Positions 9,933 to 19,112 of a stretch of DNA of 43,826 bases are shown one piece after another; within the stretch, counting starts at the first letter, position 1, and every line of letters starts with the position of its first letter. The notes under the pieces were generated by a model. It did no database searches. It saw only the letters and a list, made by a program, of their open reading frames with translations, and was not told the origin of the DNA. Source of the stretch: a bacterium (GTDB lineage: Bacteria > Desulfobacterota > DSWW01). Where the stretch lies: positions 1 through 43,826 of the forward strand of contig JBFLZG010000082.1 in the NCBI GenBank assembly GCA_040756235.1, in the 5' to 3' direction. The translations under genes were made by a program, and so were the position numbers.

Positions 9933-10394
9933 TCAGCCGCATCCTTTCTTCACCGCCTCCTGCATCTCTTCCGGGCCCACATCGCGAACGTGCGTGGCCA
10001 CCGACCAGTGATGGCCGAACGGGTCTTCGAGCCTGCAATAGCGATCGCCCCAGAACATGTTCTCGAGAGGCATCGTGATTTTCGCTCCCGCGCTGACGGC
10101 ACGCGCGACGAACGCGTCGACATCCTCCACGTAGAGGTGGATGGTCACGGGTGAGCCCTTGAGCGACTTCGGACCGAATGAGTTCCAGTCGGGGAACTCG
10201 TCGTTCAACATGATGGCGGAATCACCGATCCGGATCATGGCGTGGAGGAGTTTTCCCTGCTCGCCCGGCAAGCGTCCCAATTCCTCTGCATGGAAAGCTT
10301 TCCTGTAAAACTCGATGGCATCGGCCGCGCCGGCGCAAATCAGGTGCGGCGTCACCGTGTGCATCCCATCCGGTACTGGCTTTACTCGCGGCAT
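9933..10394 (-). CDS. VOC/glyoxalase (PhnB-like) family protein
   Basis: TVTPHL...AIEFY, HAMIRIGDS, MFWGDRY..LEDPFGHHW; ATG 10394 after AGGAGAG. Confidence 0.92.
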   Translation of the reverse strand: MPRVKPVPDGMHTVTPHLICAGAADAIEFYRKAFHAEELGRLPGEQGKLLHAMIRIGDSAIMLNDEFPDWNSFGPKSLKGSPVTIHLYVEDVDAFVARAVSAGAKITMPLENMFWGDRYCRLEDPFGHHWSVATHVRDVGPEEMQEAVKKGCG

Positions 10395-10675
10395 GGTCGT
10401 TCTCTCCTCTTGCTTGCGGGTCGGGCTTCCGGTCGGCACGACCGGCGAACCCGAGCTCTGTCTCTAGTCGAACGAGGACCGACGAAATCGACAGGGTTCA
10501 TGCATTTTTTTGGATGCGCAGGACGGCCGGGCCGATGCCCCTCTCTGTCGGCCCGGATGATCCGACAGGCCAGGGCCGCCCTCGGTGCACGTCACTGAAT
10601 GACTTGCCGCGCTGAGAATGCTCCCCGGAGGATACAGAACCAGACTTTTGGTTCCGACGATCAATGTTCTTTGTA

Positions 10676-10704
10676 TTGACACATTATTTCTTCACTTCTA
10701 TTCT
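10676..10704 (+). promoter_or_regulatory. Sigma70-type promoter
   Basis: TTGACA(10676-81)-17 bp-TATTCT(10699-704) upstream of AGGAGGAG and ATG 10742. Confidence 0.75.
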
Positions 10705-10741
10705 ATTCCGCAGGCATCACTCAGCTCAGGAGGAGCCATCG

Positions 10742-11338
10742 ATGAAGAAAGAGCTGCCGCTACTCCTCATGTTTCTTCTTTCTTGTATCCCTGTGGTCCG
10801 GCCGCTCCCGCTCGCGGCAGAGGACCTCGATGATCCTCTTGGTTGGGATTACGGGGAAGTGGCGCTGGGCACCCCGAGCACTCACTCGTTCTCGCTGGAC
10901 AGCCTCGGCCCGACGGCGGTGTGGATCTATGTGGCTTCGATCACACCCGAGGCAACACCCTCGCAGGTCTGCGGCGAGGACGTCTCCTGTGACTTCGAGA
11001 TCGCGTCGATCTCGCAGCCACTCCCCCTGGAGCTGCCGACAGGCCAGTCTGTTGTCGTGGAGGTGACCTTTACCCCGTCAGCTCTCGGCCCGCGTCAGGC
11101 CTATCTCTTCATACAGAGTAATGACAGCATCGAACCTCCGGGGCCGCAAGCTTTCATCCCTCTGACCGGTGTGGGGACCGAGGCTCCCCCGGGCTGGGGG
11201 GCCGCTGAGAACGCAGAGGCCCTAACCGCGAGCGGCTCCGTCCGCGCCGGCGGGAGTCTCGCAAACTGGCTCGCCCTCCTCCTTCTGCCCACAGCCCTCG
11301 TGGTTGGCTGGCGCGTGCTGCGGAGGCACTCGCCTTGA
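10742..11338 (+). CDS. Secreted Ig-like (choice-of-anchor D/ASH-like) protein with C-terminal membrane anchor
   Basis: Signal peptide; DYGEV.LG, L.TGQS..VEVTFTP...G.RQA.L.IQSND, IPLTG.G pattern; C-terminal TM followed by RVLRR. Confidence 0.75.
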   Translation: MKKELPLLLMFLLSCIPVVRPLPLAAEDLDDPLGWDYGEVALGTPSTHSFSLDSLGPTAVWIYVASITPEATPSQVCGEDVSCDFEIASISQPLPLELPTGQSVVVEVTFTPSALGPRQAYLFIQSNDSIEPPGPQAFIPLTGVGTEAPPGWGAAENAEALTASGSVRAGGSLANWLALLLLPTALVVGWRVLRRHSP

Positions 11339-12432
11339 TGGCCGGAGAGGCACGGGTACGATCCGACAGCCAGCCAGGGCGCGACCTGAGCCTCGAGTCT
11401 CCGGCCAGGAAGCCCGACCCATCCTGTCACGCTCTGGAGCGTCCCGCGCTCTTCGGATCGGCTTTCATCGCCGGGTGGGTGGTGATGATGGTGGAGCTGC
11501 TGGGCGCCCGGCTTCTCGCCCCTTACTTCGGGTACTCGATCTATCAGTGGGGTGCGCTGATCGGCGTGGTGCTGACCGCACTGACCTGCGGGTACGATCT
11601 CGGTGGACGGGTCGGCGACCGGCAGGATGCCGGAGGATTCCTCCTCTGGGCGCTGATCCTTGCCGCGGCTTGCGTTCTTCTTACCGAGTGGCTCGCTCCG
11701 CTCTGTTTGTCCCGTTCCCGGGCGGCAGGACCCGCTTGGGGGGCCGTTCTCGCCAGCGCGCTGCTCGTGGGACCCCCTTCCTTCCTGCTGGGCATGGTGT
11801 GCCCCATCGTGATCCGTCTGACCTTTACCGGCGGCGTGGCGAAAGCAGCCGGCCGCGTGTATGTCTTTTCCACTCTGGGAAGCATCGCAGGAACCTTCTT
11901 CGCAGCTTTCTTCGCGATTCCCGCGCTCGGGACAAGGACCAGCCACTACCTGGCAGGGCTCCTGCTGCTCCTGGCTGTGGTCAGCCTGGTGCTGGCCCGG
12001 AGACAGAAGCGCTATCTGGCTTCCGCGGGCCTCCTGCTTCTCGCCGGGCTGCCTCCCTCTTCGAGGCCGCCGCCCGGCCTCGTATATGAAACGGAATCGG
12101 TCCACAACATCATCCGGGTCGTCGATAGACCCCGGGATCGTGCCCTATACCTGAACTATGCCGCAGGTCCCCAGAGCCTGATGCGCGGAGACGAGCTGCT
12201 GACCGGCCGATACTACGACCACTTTCTCGCGGGCCCGCTTCTGAACGGGGCCCGGAAAATCCTCTTCCTCGGCGCTGCAGGCGGAACCTCGCTCAAGCAG
12301 TTGGTCACCGTTTACCCGGAGGTCAAAGTGACGGGCGTGGAGCTCGACCCTGCCGTCCTCAAGGTGGCGGGAAGTTACTTCGGCCTCCGTCCGTCTGCGC
12401 CGATCGGCCGATCTGCCGAAGAGGGAGTGTGA
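11338..12432 (+). pseudogene. Fused MFS/spermidine synthase-like protein, C-terminally truncated
   Basis: MMVELLGARLLAPYFG, AGRVYVFSTLGSIAGTF, ESVHNIIRV, ILFLGAAGG, GVELDPAV; stops shortly after YFGL with no downstream methyltransferase-fold strands. Confidence 0.65.
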
Positions 12433-12448
12433 CGCTTGGGGGAAAAGG

Positions 12449-13387
12449 TCAGCGCCTTGGGGTAGAGATACGATCATCATGCGCCGGGTCCAAGCGCTTC
12501 GTCTTCTCCCTGAGGGTCTTGCGCAGGTTGGCGGCAACTTCTTCCGCAAGGGCGTATTTGTCCGGAGCGGACTCGAGCGCCCGGACGAGCACCTGCATGC
12601 TCGTCCTGACTTCGTCGTTGGGGCCGGGCAGGGCCACGATGAGTGTGTCATCGACCTGGCCGACGCCGATCCTGACTCCGTCCTTGGCGTGCCGGCCCTT
12701 GCCCTTTTCGAACATACAGATATGGGGCGTGGCGGCGTGCGGGTCCAGAATCATCAGCGCCTCGACGGTATGGTCCTTGTCTTCGGCTCCCACGCCGCCC
12801 GTGGTGATGATGAGGGCATAGCCGTCATCGTAGATGGCCCGTCTCAGGTTGCCGGCGATCAGGTCCTTGTCGTCCTTCAGTGTCGGGCCCCGTTTCACGA
12901 CGTAGCCCTCTGCCTCGAGCGCTTGCGCGATCGCCGGGGTGTTGGTGTCGCTGATCTGACCGGTTGCGACCTCGTGCCCGGTGGAGAACACGACGGCCCT
13001 TCTGGACAGGTTCAGCCGGATCTGCTCGACCATCCTCTCCGAACGCCCCAAGGCTTCTTTGGCCTCCTCGCGATCCAAGGCGATCCAGGCGAGCATGCCG
13101 TTGGAGTGAATCGAGGTCTCAGCGGTGACGTTCACGCCCGGCAGCCTTGCCAGTCGCTGCAGCAGGTCGTCCTTCTTGCCCACCACAAGATGGGGATCCA
13201 CCTTTTGCCTGAGGATGTCGATGACTACGTGTTCATCCTGGACATCCGTGACCAGCACTTCATGGTGATCCATTCCAAGGGCATCGGCCACGGTCCTGGC
13301 GATGTCGTTGAGATCGGCATTTTGGAGCGCAATAGGTCGGATCCACAATTCGGTCTTTTCAAGCAGGTTCGACTCGGAGTTGCTCAT
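12449..13387 (-). CDS. Molybdopterin-binding (MoCF_biosynth/CinA-like) domain protein with uncharacterised N-terminal domain
   Basis: STGHEV..GQISDTN, IITTGGVG..DKDHT.EA, VALPGPNDEV. Confidence 0.85.
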   Translation of the reverse strand: MSNSESNLLEKTELWIRPIALQNADLNDIARTVADALGMDHHEVLVTDVQDEHVVIDILRQKVDPHLVVGKKDDLLQRLARLPGVNVTAETSIHSNGMLAWIALDREEAKEALGRSERMVEQIRLNLSRRAVVFSTGHEVATGQISDTNTPAIAQALEAEGYVVKRGPTLKDDKDLIAGNLRRAIYDDGYALIITTGGVGAEDKDHTVEALMILDPHAATPHICMFEKGKGRHAKDGVRIGVGQVDDTLIVALPGPNDEVRTSMQVLVRALESAPDKYALAEEVAANLRKTLREKTKRLDPAHDDRISTPRR

Positions 13388-13437
13388 CGTCCATCCCCTG
13401 GCTTTCCGGCCCCCGGGGCCCCGACCCCTGATCCCTG

Positions 13438-14850
13438 TCACGCCTCTCGCGGGTCGATCCCTCTCTGCTTGAGCCACATGGGCAGGAGCTCCTCTTCCAC
13501 CCTCCGGTTTACCCCCGGTGCCTTCGCGATGAGGTCTTCGGCCAGGGAAGGGGTGAGGGTCAGGTGGCCGAAGCTGCCGTCAAAAACGAGGACCTTGTCG
13601 GTGCCGGAGACTCTGCGTGCGAAATCCATGGCCCCCTCGAGCGTCTCTGCGGTCACCGCGTAATCCATGAACCTCGGGTTGGTCGGATCCTTGAGATACA
13701 TTTCGGCTTGGTCTCTTCCAACCACGACCGTGGGGACCGTTCTCGGCAGATCCGTGATGATGATCCCGGGCCATGCCTGGTTCACCACGGCCGCCTTGAT
13801 GGATGGATGTACGGTGAAGATCGTGTCCGAGTCACCAAACGGATTCTTCAGCAGCAGATCAAAGGCGCTGAAGGAAAACGGCTTGGACAGATCGAAAGGA
13901 TCGTACGCGGCATTCATGAAGACGCCGAAACAGACCCCGCCGGCGTGCACATAGTATCCCCACCTCCCGCCGTCCCAGACAGCAATGCATTCGTCCAGCG
14001 CTGCGAGGAGCTGATGCATCTTGCCGAAATCCCGCAGGTGGTGCTTCTTGATCCGATGGTCGATCCGGTAGAGGTCGTTGTCCGCATCGACCCCGACGAT
14101 CCCGGCCGGGGAGCTTCGCAGGATGCAACTGAAGGCGTGTCTGGCCTGCACGAAGGGGGAGTCGAAGATCGCCTTCATCAGGAACTGGCCGCTCCGGGTC
14201 CCGAAGCTGAAGTGATAGGCGGCGCGGGTCTCGTACCTTGCGTAGGACATGACAAAGGCCTTCAGGGGGCGGTGCACGTACCGGTGAAAATACATCTCCC
14301 GCGGGTCGTCGTAGTAGGCATGGATGAACCAGTCCGCCTCGTACGCCCGCGCCACCCCGTAGAGCGTGCCGACCTCCGTCTCGATCGGAACTCCCTTGTC
14401 CCACGGCCCGAAGCTGCGGATCTTGTCGAACTTCTCCTTGAGCCGGAAGTGCTCGATCAGCTCGGCGGTTTCCTTATAACCGATGTAAGCGGCGAGCTTC
14501 AGGCGCACCTCCGCGCCGGTCCTCTCCCGGACCACGTCCTGAATGGTCCTGAGCATCTCCACGTAGGGCTCCCCACCCAGGATGCTGAACCCGTGCTCCG
14601 ATCCGAGGATGTCGACCGTCTGCTCCGGCCGGATCCTCTCCATGTTCACCCCGGACAGGGCCTGCACGGTCGCCTTGCGGATCGTTGCCAGGTCGCCGCC
14701 GTGCAGGTAGATCTCCTGTACGATATCCGGGAACAGATCCCTCACCTTCAACGCGGCCATGCCGGGGAGATCGGCGCCGCGCAGCTTGCGGGGTTCGGGC
14801 CCGTATACGGAGCGCATGACCTCCGGTGGACGAATCGCTTCCCGCAACAT
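13438..14850 (-). CDS. Conserved hypothetical protein, possibly LarA/DUF2088-like fold
   Basis: Long ORF translationally in line with its neighbours; IRPEQTVDILGSEHG loosely resembles the LarA-like N-terminus; family call weak. Confidence 0.6.
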   Translation of the reverse strand: MLREAIRPPEVMRSVYGPEPRKLRGADLPGMAALKVRDLFPDIVQEIYLHGGDLATIRKATVQALSGVNMERIRPEQTVDILGSEHGFSILGGEPYVEMLRTIQDVVRERTGAEVRLKLAAYIGYKETAELIEHFRLKEKFDKIRSFGPWDKGVPIETEVGTLYGVARAYEADWFIHAYYDDPREMYFHRYVHRPLKAFVMSYARYETRAAYHFSFGTRSGQFLMKAIFDSPFVQARHAFSCILRSSPAGIVGVDADNDLYRIDHRIKKHHLRDFGKMHQLLAALDECIAVWDGGRWGYYVHAGGVCFGVFMNAAYDPFDLSKPFSFSAFDLLLKNPFGDSDTIFTVHPSIKAAVVNQAWPGIIITDLPRTVPTVVVGRDQAEMYLKDPTNPRFMDYAVTAETLEGAMDFARRVSGTDKVLVFDGSFGHLTLTPSLAEDLIAKAPGVNRRVEEELLPMWLKQRGIDPREA

Positions 14851-14899
14851 GTGACTTCTCCTGTTTGCGCCCGGATCGAGTGATCCTCGGACGTGAATG

Positions 14900-15472
14900 T
14901 CACTTCAGGATTTCCGTATCCTCTCTCAGATAATAGGCAGGGTATTTCTCCTGCACCTCGACCGGTACGTCGAACATGGACAGGGTCAGGTCGTACATGC
15001 GGTGATCCTCAGGGGAGGTGACCCTCAGGCCGGCGGCCTCGAACATTCTCTGAATCGAGCCGATGCAATAGATCCCGCATCCGGAGCGGGCCCCGGTCTT
15101 CAGGGAAAGCTCCTCGAGGGACCTCGCACCCTGCAGGATGGCCGCGGCGATCTCCTTTGCCAGGGTCCCGGTGCACATGCAAACGAGCTGGCCGGGCAGC
15201 ATCTTCGCCTTGAGGCAGAGCTCGAGGATCTTGTCCTGATCGACCGTCTGCGGATCGGTCCGGAGCACGACCGGCTCGGGACGAGGGACCATTGCAACGG
15301 CTTCCGAGCGACATCGATCATAGCACTTGGAGCATGCCACGCATCGTTCCTGCATCACGCGCGCTTTCTTGTCGATCACGCGTATCGCACCCGTTGGGCA
15401 TACCCGTTCACACAGTTTGTCCCCCGTGCACTTGGCGGGGTCCACCTTCGACACGAACTTGACCACTTTCAT
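14900..15472 (-). CDS. 4Fe-4S dicluster protein fused to BFD-like [2Fe-2S] domain
   Basis: CTGDKLCERVCP, CVACSKCYDRC, then VCMCTG...TGARSGCGIYC; GGAGG 8 nt before ATG 15472. Confidence 0.88.
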   Translation of the reverse strand: MKVVKFVSKVDPAKCTGDKLCERVCPTGAIRVIDKKARVMQERCVACSKCYDRCRSEAVAMVPRPEPVVLRTDPQTVDQDKILELCLKAKMLPGQLVCMCTGTLAKEIAAAILQGARSLEELSLKTGARSGCGIYCIGSIQRMFEAAGLRVTSPEDHRMYDLTLSMFDVPVEVQEKYPAYYLREDTEILK

Positions 15473-15526
15473 CCGGACCACCTCCCGTTGCCGCTCTCTT
15501 TGCCGCTCGTTTCCTCAATGAAATTG

Positions 15527-15555
15527 AAACTAGCCGCAATCCTGTTCCTTGTCAA
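15527..15555 (-). promoter_or_regulatory. Sigma70-type promoter for the ferredoxin/LarA-like/MoCF operon
   Basis: Minus strand TTGACA(15555-50)-17 bp-TAGTTT(15532-27) in an AT-rich intergenic stretch. Confidence 0.65.
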
Positions 15556-15689
15556 TGAACATTTATACTGAAATTCCAGATAGTTGGATTGTATGCCGGA
15601 GCGCTGCCCATGGCTTGACGCACAGGCTCGACGCGATCTTGAAGGTGGTGGCCGAGGTAACAGGGCCTCTTCCCCTCTTCGCCTCTTCG

Positions 15690-15815
15690 AAGAAGCTGTT
15701 CAATGCGGTCGAATCGAGATGCCTGCAGAAGACTGAGTAGGCGGAGAAGTATGGCGTGTGCGCAGACAAGTTCGGCGTTCAGGGGATGGTGCACTACACC
15801 GGCAGCGTGCGGCCG
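15690..15815 (+). pseudogene. Remnant of a PhnB/VOC gene (C-terminal part)
   Basis: One frame reads KKLFNAV..LQKTE*AEKYGVCADKFGVQGMVHYTG, matching the PhnB C-terminal pattern; TAG at 15738-40 where Trp is expected. Confidence 0.6.
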
Positions 15816-16010
15816 GCGCCCCACGATGTCGGCAGGTCGAAACGGCCTCCAGCGGATCAGCGCCTGAAGGGCGGGAAAGGCCTTCCTGTAGCCAGATCGC
15901 CGGTAGCCTCGAAGAAGACGAACGCAAGCGCCTGCGGAGCCGACACCTTCAGTCTCGCCTGTCCCGGTTGAAGGCGGGGGCCATCTTGAAGCCGTTTCTC
16001 CTGAAAGGCG

Positions 16011-16571
16011 TCATTCCCCTTTCTTGAGCCTCCCCGTCCAGCCCACGAGACCCTCGAGGAGCTGGCGGATCAGCTCGATCGCGGTCGGGTCGGTTAGCTT
16101 CCCGTTCGGATCGATGTTCTTGTGGGCGAACGGAACCATGACCTCCGGCCGGTTCAGGGGGAACATGTTCAGGAAGACGCAACTCTGCCTGAGATGGTAC
16201 TGCGCCCTCGCGCTTCCGATCATCCCCACGGACGCGCCCATGATGGCGACCGGTTTGCCTTCGAACGCGTTGTCCCCGTAGGGCCTGGAAGCGCAGTCGA
16301 TGGCGTTCTTCAGGACGCCCGGCATCGAATAGTTGTACTCGGGGGTTGCGATGAGAAGGGCGTCGGCGGCCCGGATCTTCGCCTTGAAGTCCTTCACGCG
16401 CTCGGCCGGTTGGTTCTCGAGGTCCTGGTTGAACAGCGGGATCCCCTCGAGATCGAAGATCTCCAGCTCGGCCTCTGCAGGGAGGACCTCGAAAGCGGCC
16501 CGCAGAAGCGACTTGTTGTAGGAGCCTTTCCGCAGGCTCCCGGCAAAACCCAGAATCTTCACCACGGACAT
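16011..16571 (-). CDS. NAD(P)H-dependent FMN reductase (ChrR/YieF-like)
   Basis: GSLRKGSYN, ATPEYNYSMPGVLKNAID, GKPVAIMGAS.G..GSARAQYHLRQ. Confidence 0.94.
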   Translation of the reverse strand: MSVVKILGFAGSLRKGSYNKSLLRAAFEVLPAEAELEIFDLEGIPLFNQDLENQPAERVKDFKAKIRAADALLIATPEYNYSMPGVLKNAIDCASRPYGDNAFEGKPVAIMGASVGMIGSARAQYHLRQSCVFLNMFPLNRPEVMVPFAHKNIDPNGKLTDPTAIELIRQLLEGLVGWTGRLKKGE

Positions 16572-16739
16572 CGGCGCGATCTCCCGCACGTTCTCGGCCG
16601 CGGGCGGCAATGGCACAGCGGGTTACGCCTGCCCGCTCGCCCCTTTTCCTGAATAGATGCGCGGAAGCCGCCGCAGTCTTCAGCCGAAGCGAGTTTGGGT
16701 GCCGGCACAACGGCTGCGGCCGCCGCGCGGGACGCTTCA

Positions 16740-16960
16740 GCTGAAGCGTCCCGAGACGATTCCGCGCTGGACATCGCAGTTCCGGCTCGGGTCGTGGAAG
16801 ACGGTTCGGTGCTGGAGCCGTGCGGGAGCTTCAACTCGGGGTCAGATTCGGGCCGATGCGCTGGGGCTCCTGGCCGAGGCCGCCCTCGGCAACGGCCTCT
16901 CCGGAGGCGCGAGGGGCGAGCCCTGGCAGGTCGTCGTGCATGTGGACGCCCCGGTTCTGG
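16740..16960 (+). pseudogene. Remnant of DUF222/HNH-type protein
   Basis: GQIRADALGLLAEAAL...GARGEPWQVVVHVDAPVL resembles the DUF222 RADAL...VVVHVD block; no HNH domain follows. Confidence 0.55.
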
Positions 16961-17125
16961 TTGGCCTTTTTCGTTAACTGCAGGCTCGGGTTCTGCCTGC
17001 GCTGCAACGTGCGCATGAACGGAAGGACGGTCCTGGCTTGCGAGACGATCGACGAGCCGGATATGATCCTGGAGCCGGTCCACCGGGGACGCGTCCTGCG
17101 CGACCTCATGTGCGAGACCACGTGA
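16958..17125 (+). pseudogene. 5'-truncated SdhB/FrdB-type [2Fe-2S] domain fragment
   Basis: LAFFVNCRLGFCLRCNVRMNGRTVLACET...LEP...VLRDL = CRxGxCxxC...NG..LAC motif; no plausible N-terminus. Confidence 0.6.
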
Positions 17126-17204
17126 GACTGCAGCGAAGCGCAGGGCTTTGAAAGATCTGTCACGGCCCCCCCTCATTCCGCGCACTCGCGTGCAGGAGGA
17201 CTTC

Positions 17205-17867
17205 ATGGCCGCAGCACGACCAGACCAGCTCTCGCGGTTTCGGGACCTCTTTCTCGGCTTCCAGATCGATTCCATTGCCGGCGAGGTCGGCGCTCTCGTC
17301 GAAGCCGGGATCGATCCGAAGGACCTCCTCGGCGCAAGCCAGAGGTGCATGGAGGAGATCGGAAAGGCCTTCGAGGAGGGCCGGTACTATCTGCCGGAGC
17401 TCATCGTGGCAGGCGAGATGTTCAACAGGGTCAGCGAAAGGATCCGGCCTGGCCTGGCCTCGGCCGGCGGCGGGGAGGCGGGCCGGATCGTCCTCGGAAC
17501 GCCCAAGGGCGACATTCATCACCTGGGCAAGGACATCTTCCGCATGCTGGCCGAGGCGAGCGGCTTCGCGGTCTACGACCTGGGGGTCGACGTTCCGCCC
17601 GAAGCCTTTGTCCGGAAGCTGGCCGAAACGGGTGCCTCGGTCTTGGGCATGTCCGCTCTCATCACGGCCGCTTTCGACCCCATGAAGGAGGTCCTCCGCC
17701 TGCTCGAGGAGAAGGGGCTCAGGAGCCGGGTCAAGGTCATCATCGGGGGCGGCGTCACCACCAAGGACATGGTCGGGAGGCTCGGAGTGGACGGCCAGAC
17801 ACAGGACGCCTACGAGGGTCTGAAGATGGTCCGGTCCCTGCTCCTCAAGGCGGAGGCGATCGCATGA
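17205..17867 (+). CDS. Cobalamin (B12)-binding corrinoid protein
   Basis: AGGAGG then ATG 17205; cap domain MEEIG.AFE.G.YYLPEL; GDIHHLGK (DxHxxG), DLGVDVP, GMSAL, IIGGG. Confidence 0.93.
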   Translation: MAAARPDQLSRFRDLFLGFQIDSIAGEVGALVEAGIDPKDLLGASQRCMEEIGKAFEEGRYYLPELIVAGEMFNRVSERIRPGLASAGGGEAGRIVLGTPKGDIHHLGKDIFRMLAEASGFAVYDLGVDVPPEAFVRKLAETGASVLGMSALITAAFDPMKEVLRLLEEKGLRSRVKVIIGGGVTTKDMVGRLGVDGQTQDAYEGLKMVRSLLLKAEAIA

Positions 17868-19063
17868 AGAGAGCGAACGGACCCGCGAGAAAGATCCACG
17901 AGAGGGACCGGATGACCGCCGAAGAACGCCTTGCGACGGTCGTCCGCCTGGAGGAGCCGGACCGGGTCCCGGTCTCCATGATGATCTACTACTACGGCCC
18001 CTTTCACACGGGCGCGCGCATGAGCGAGTACATGCGGCGGCCGTCCGTCTACCGGCAGGTGAGCCGCAAAGTGTACGAGGACCTCGGGCCCTGGGACCTC
18101 TACTACAACATCAATCCGATCTCGCGGCTCCTCTACAGCTTTGCCCTGCTGATGAAGTACCTCTATCCGGGCGACGAACTGCCGGATGACGTCATGGCCC
18201 AGGTCCAGGAAATCGAGAACATGAGCCCTGAGGACTACGACCGGATCCTGGATGGGGGCTTCTATTTTTCCGATCTCGCCTTCCGGCTCCGGATGCTCCC
18301 GCGCTTCTGCAAGGAGGCCCGGGACGGAAGGCCCGTGAAGCTCTGGCCGCGCCTGGCCCGGGACATCGTGCGGCAGAAGCTGTTCTGGGACCGGGACCTC
18401 AGGTGGTGTCGCGAGAAGGGCATGGTCATGCAGATCGGCTTTCAGGCCGAGATGCCCTTCGACGTCTTCTCGATGGCCCGGACCATCGTCCCTTTTTCGC
18501 TGGACCTGTTCCAGCGGCCGGACAAGATTCGCCGCGCGGCCCTGCGGCTCGCGCCGAGCTTTGCCGAGTTCTGCATCTGGCTGGCGCGCCTGATGGGCGT
18601 GCCCCGCGTCCAGTGCTACTGCCACCGGACTTCCAACAGCTTCATCTCTCCCAGGCAGTTCGAGGAGCTCGCCTTCCCCAGCCTGGAGTCCGTGGTCTGC
18701 CGCATCGTCGAGGCCGGCATGACGCCGATCCTCCACTGCGACGGCGACTGGATGAAGAACTTCAAGACGCTGCGCAGGCTTCCGGCGAAGAAGATCATCC
18801 TCCAGCTTGACGGCCTGACCGATATCTTCCGCGCCAAGGAGGAGATCGGGGACCACATGTGCCTGTTCGGCGACGTCCCGGCGGACAAGCTCGTCATGGC
18901 TGGCGTCCAGGAAGTCGACGAATACTGTCACCGGCTCATCGAGGAGGTGGGCAGGGGAGGGGGCTTCATCCTGGCCGCAGGCTGCGAGGTCCCTTTCAAC
19001 GCCAGGCCCGAGAACCTGCGCGCTCTGGTCCAGTCCGCATGGAAGCACGGGTATTACGCGTGA
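17864..19063 (+). CDS. Uroporphyrinogen decarboxylase-family protein (methylcobamide methyltransferase MT2-like)
   Basis: ATGA overlap with the corrinoid gene; EEPDRVPV, FISPRQFEE, ILHCDGD, GFILAAGCEVP.NARPENL. Confidence 0.88.
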   Translation: MKRANGPARKIHERDRMTAEERLATVVRLEEPDRVPVSMMIYYYGPFHTGARMSEYMRRPSVYRQVSRKVYEDLGPWDLYYNINPISRLLYSFALLMKYLYPGDELPDDVMAQVQEIENMSPEDYDRILDGGFYFSDLAFRLRMLPRFCKEARDGRPVKLWPRLARDIVRQKLFWDRDLRWCREKGMVMQIGFQAEMPFDVFSMARTIVPFSLDLFQRPDKIRRAALRLAPSFAEFCIWLARLMGVPRVQCYCHRTSNSFISPRQFEELAFPSLESVVCRIVEAGMTPILHCDGDWMKNFKTLRRLPAKKIILQLDGLTDIFRAKEEIGDHMCLFGDVPADKLVMAGVQEVDEYCHRLIEEVGRGGGFILAAGCEVPFNARPENLRALVQSAWKHGYYA

Positions 19064-19112
19064 GCGAGTTGCCGGTCATCAGTTGCCGGTTGTCAGCCGG
19101 AAGAGAAATGAG

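Noticed and set aside
15738..15740. In-frame TAG near a corrinoid methyltransferase locus, possible pyrrolysine or recoding
   Set aside because: It falls at a conserved Trp position in a PhnB fragment that lacks its N-terminus and has a second Trp-to-Gly change; simple decay, and no pyl genes are seen
19064..19100. Short AGTTGCC-GGT repeats after the methyltransferase
   Set aside because: Only two units of a simple heptamer-type repeat; not a CRISPR and no clear function
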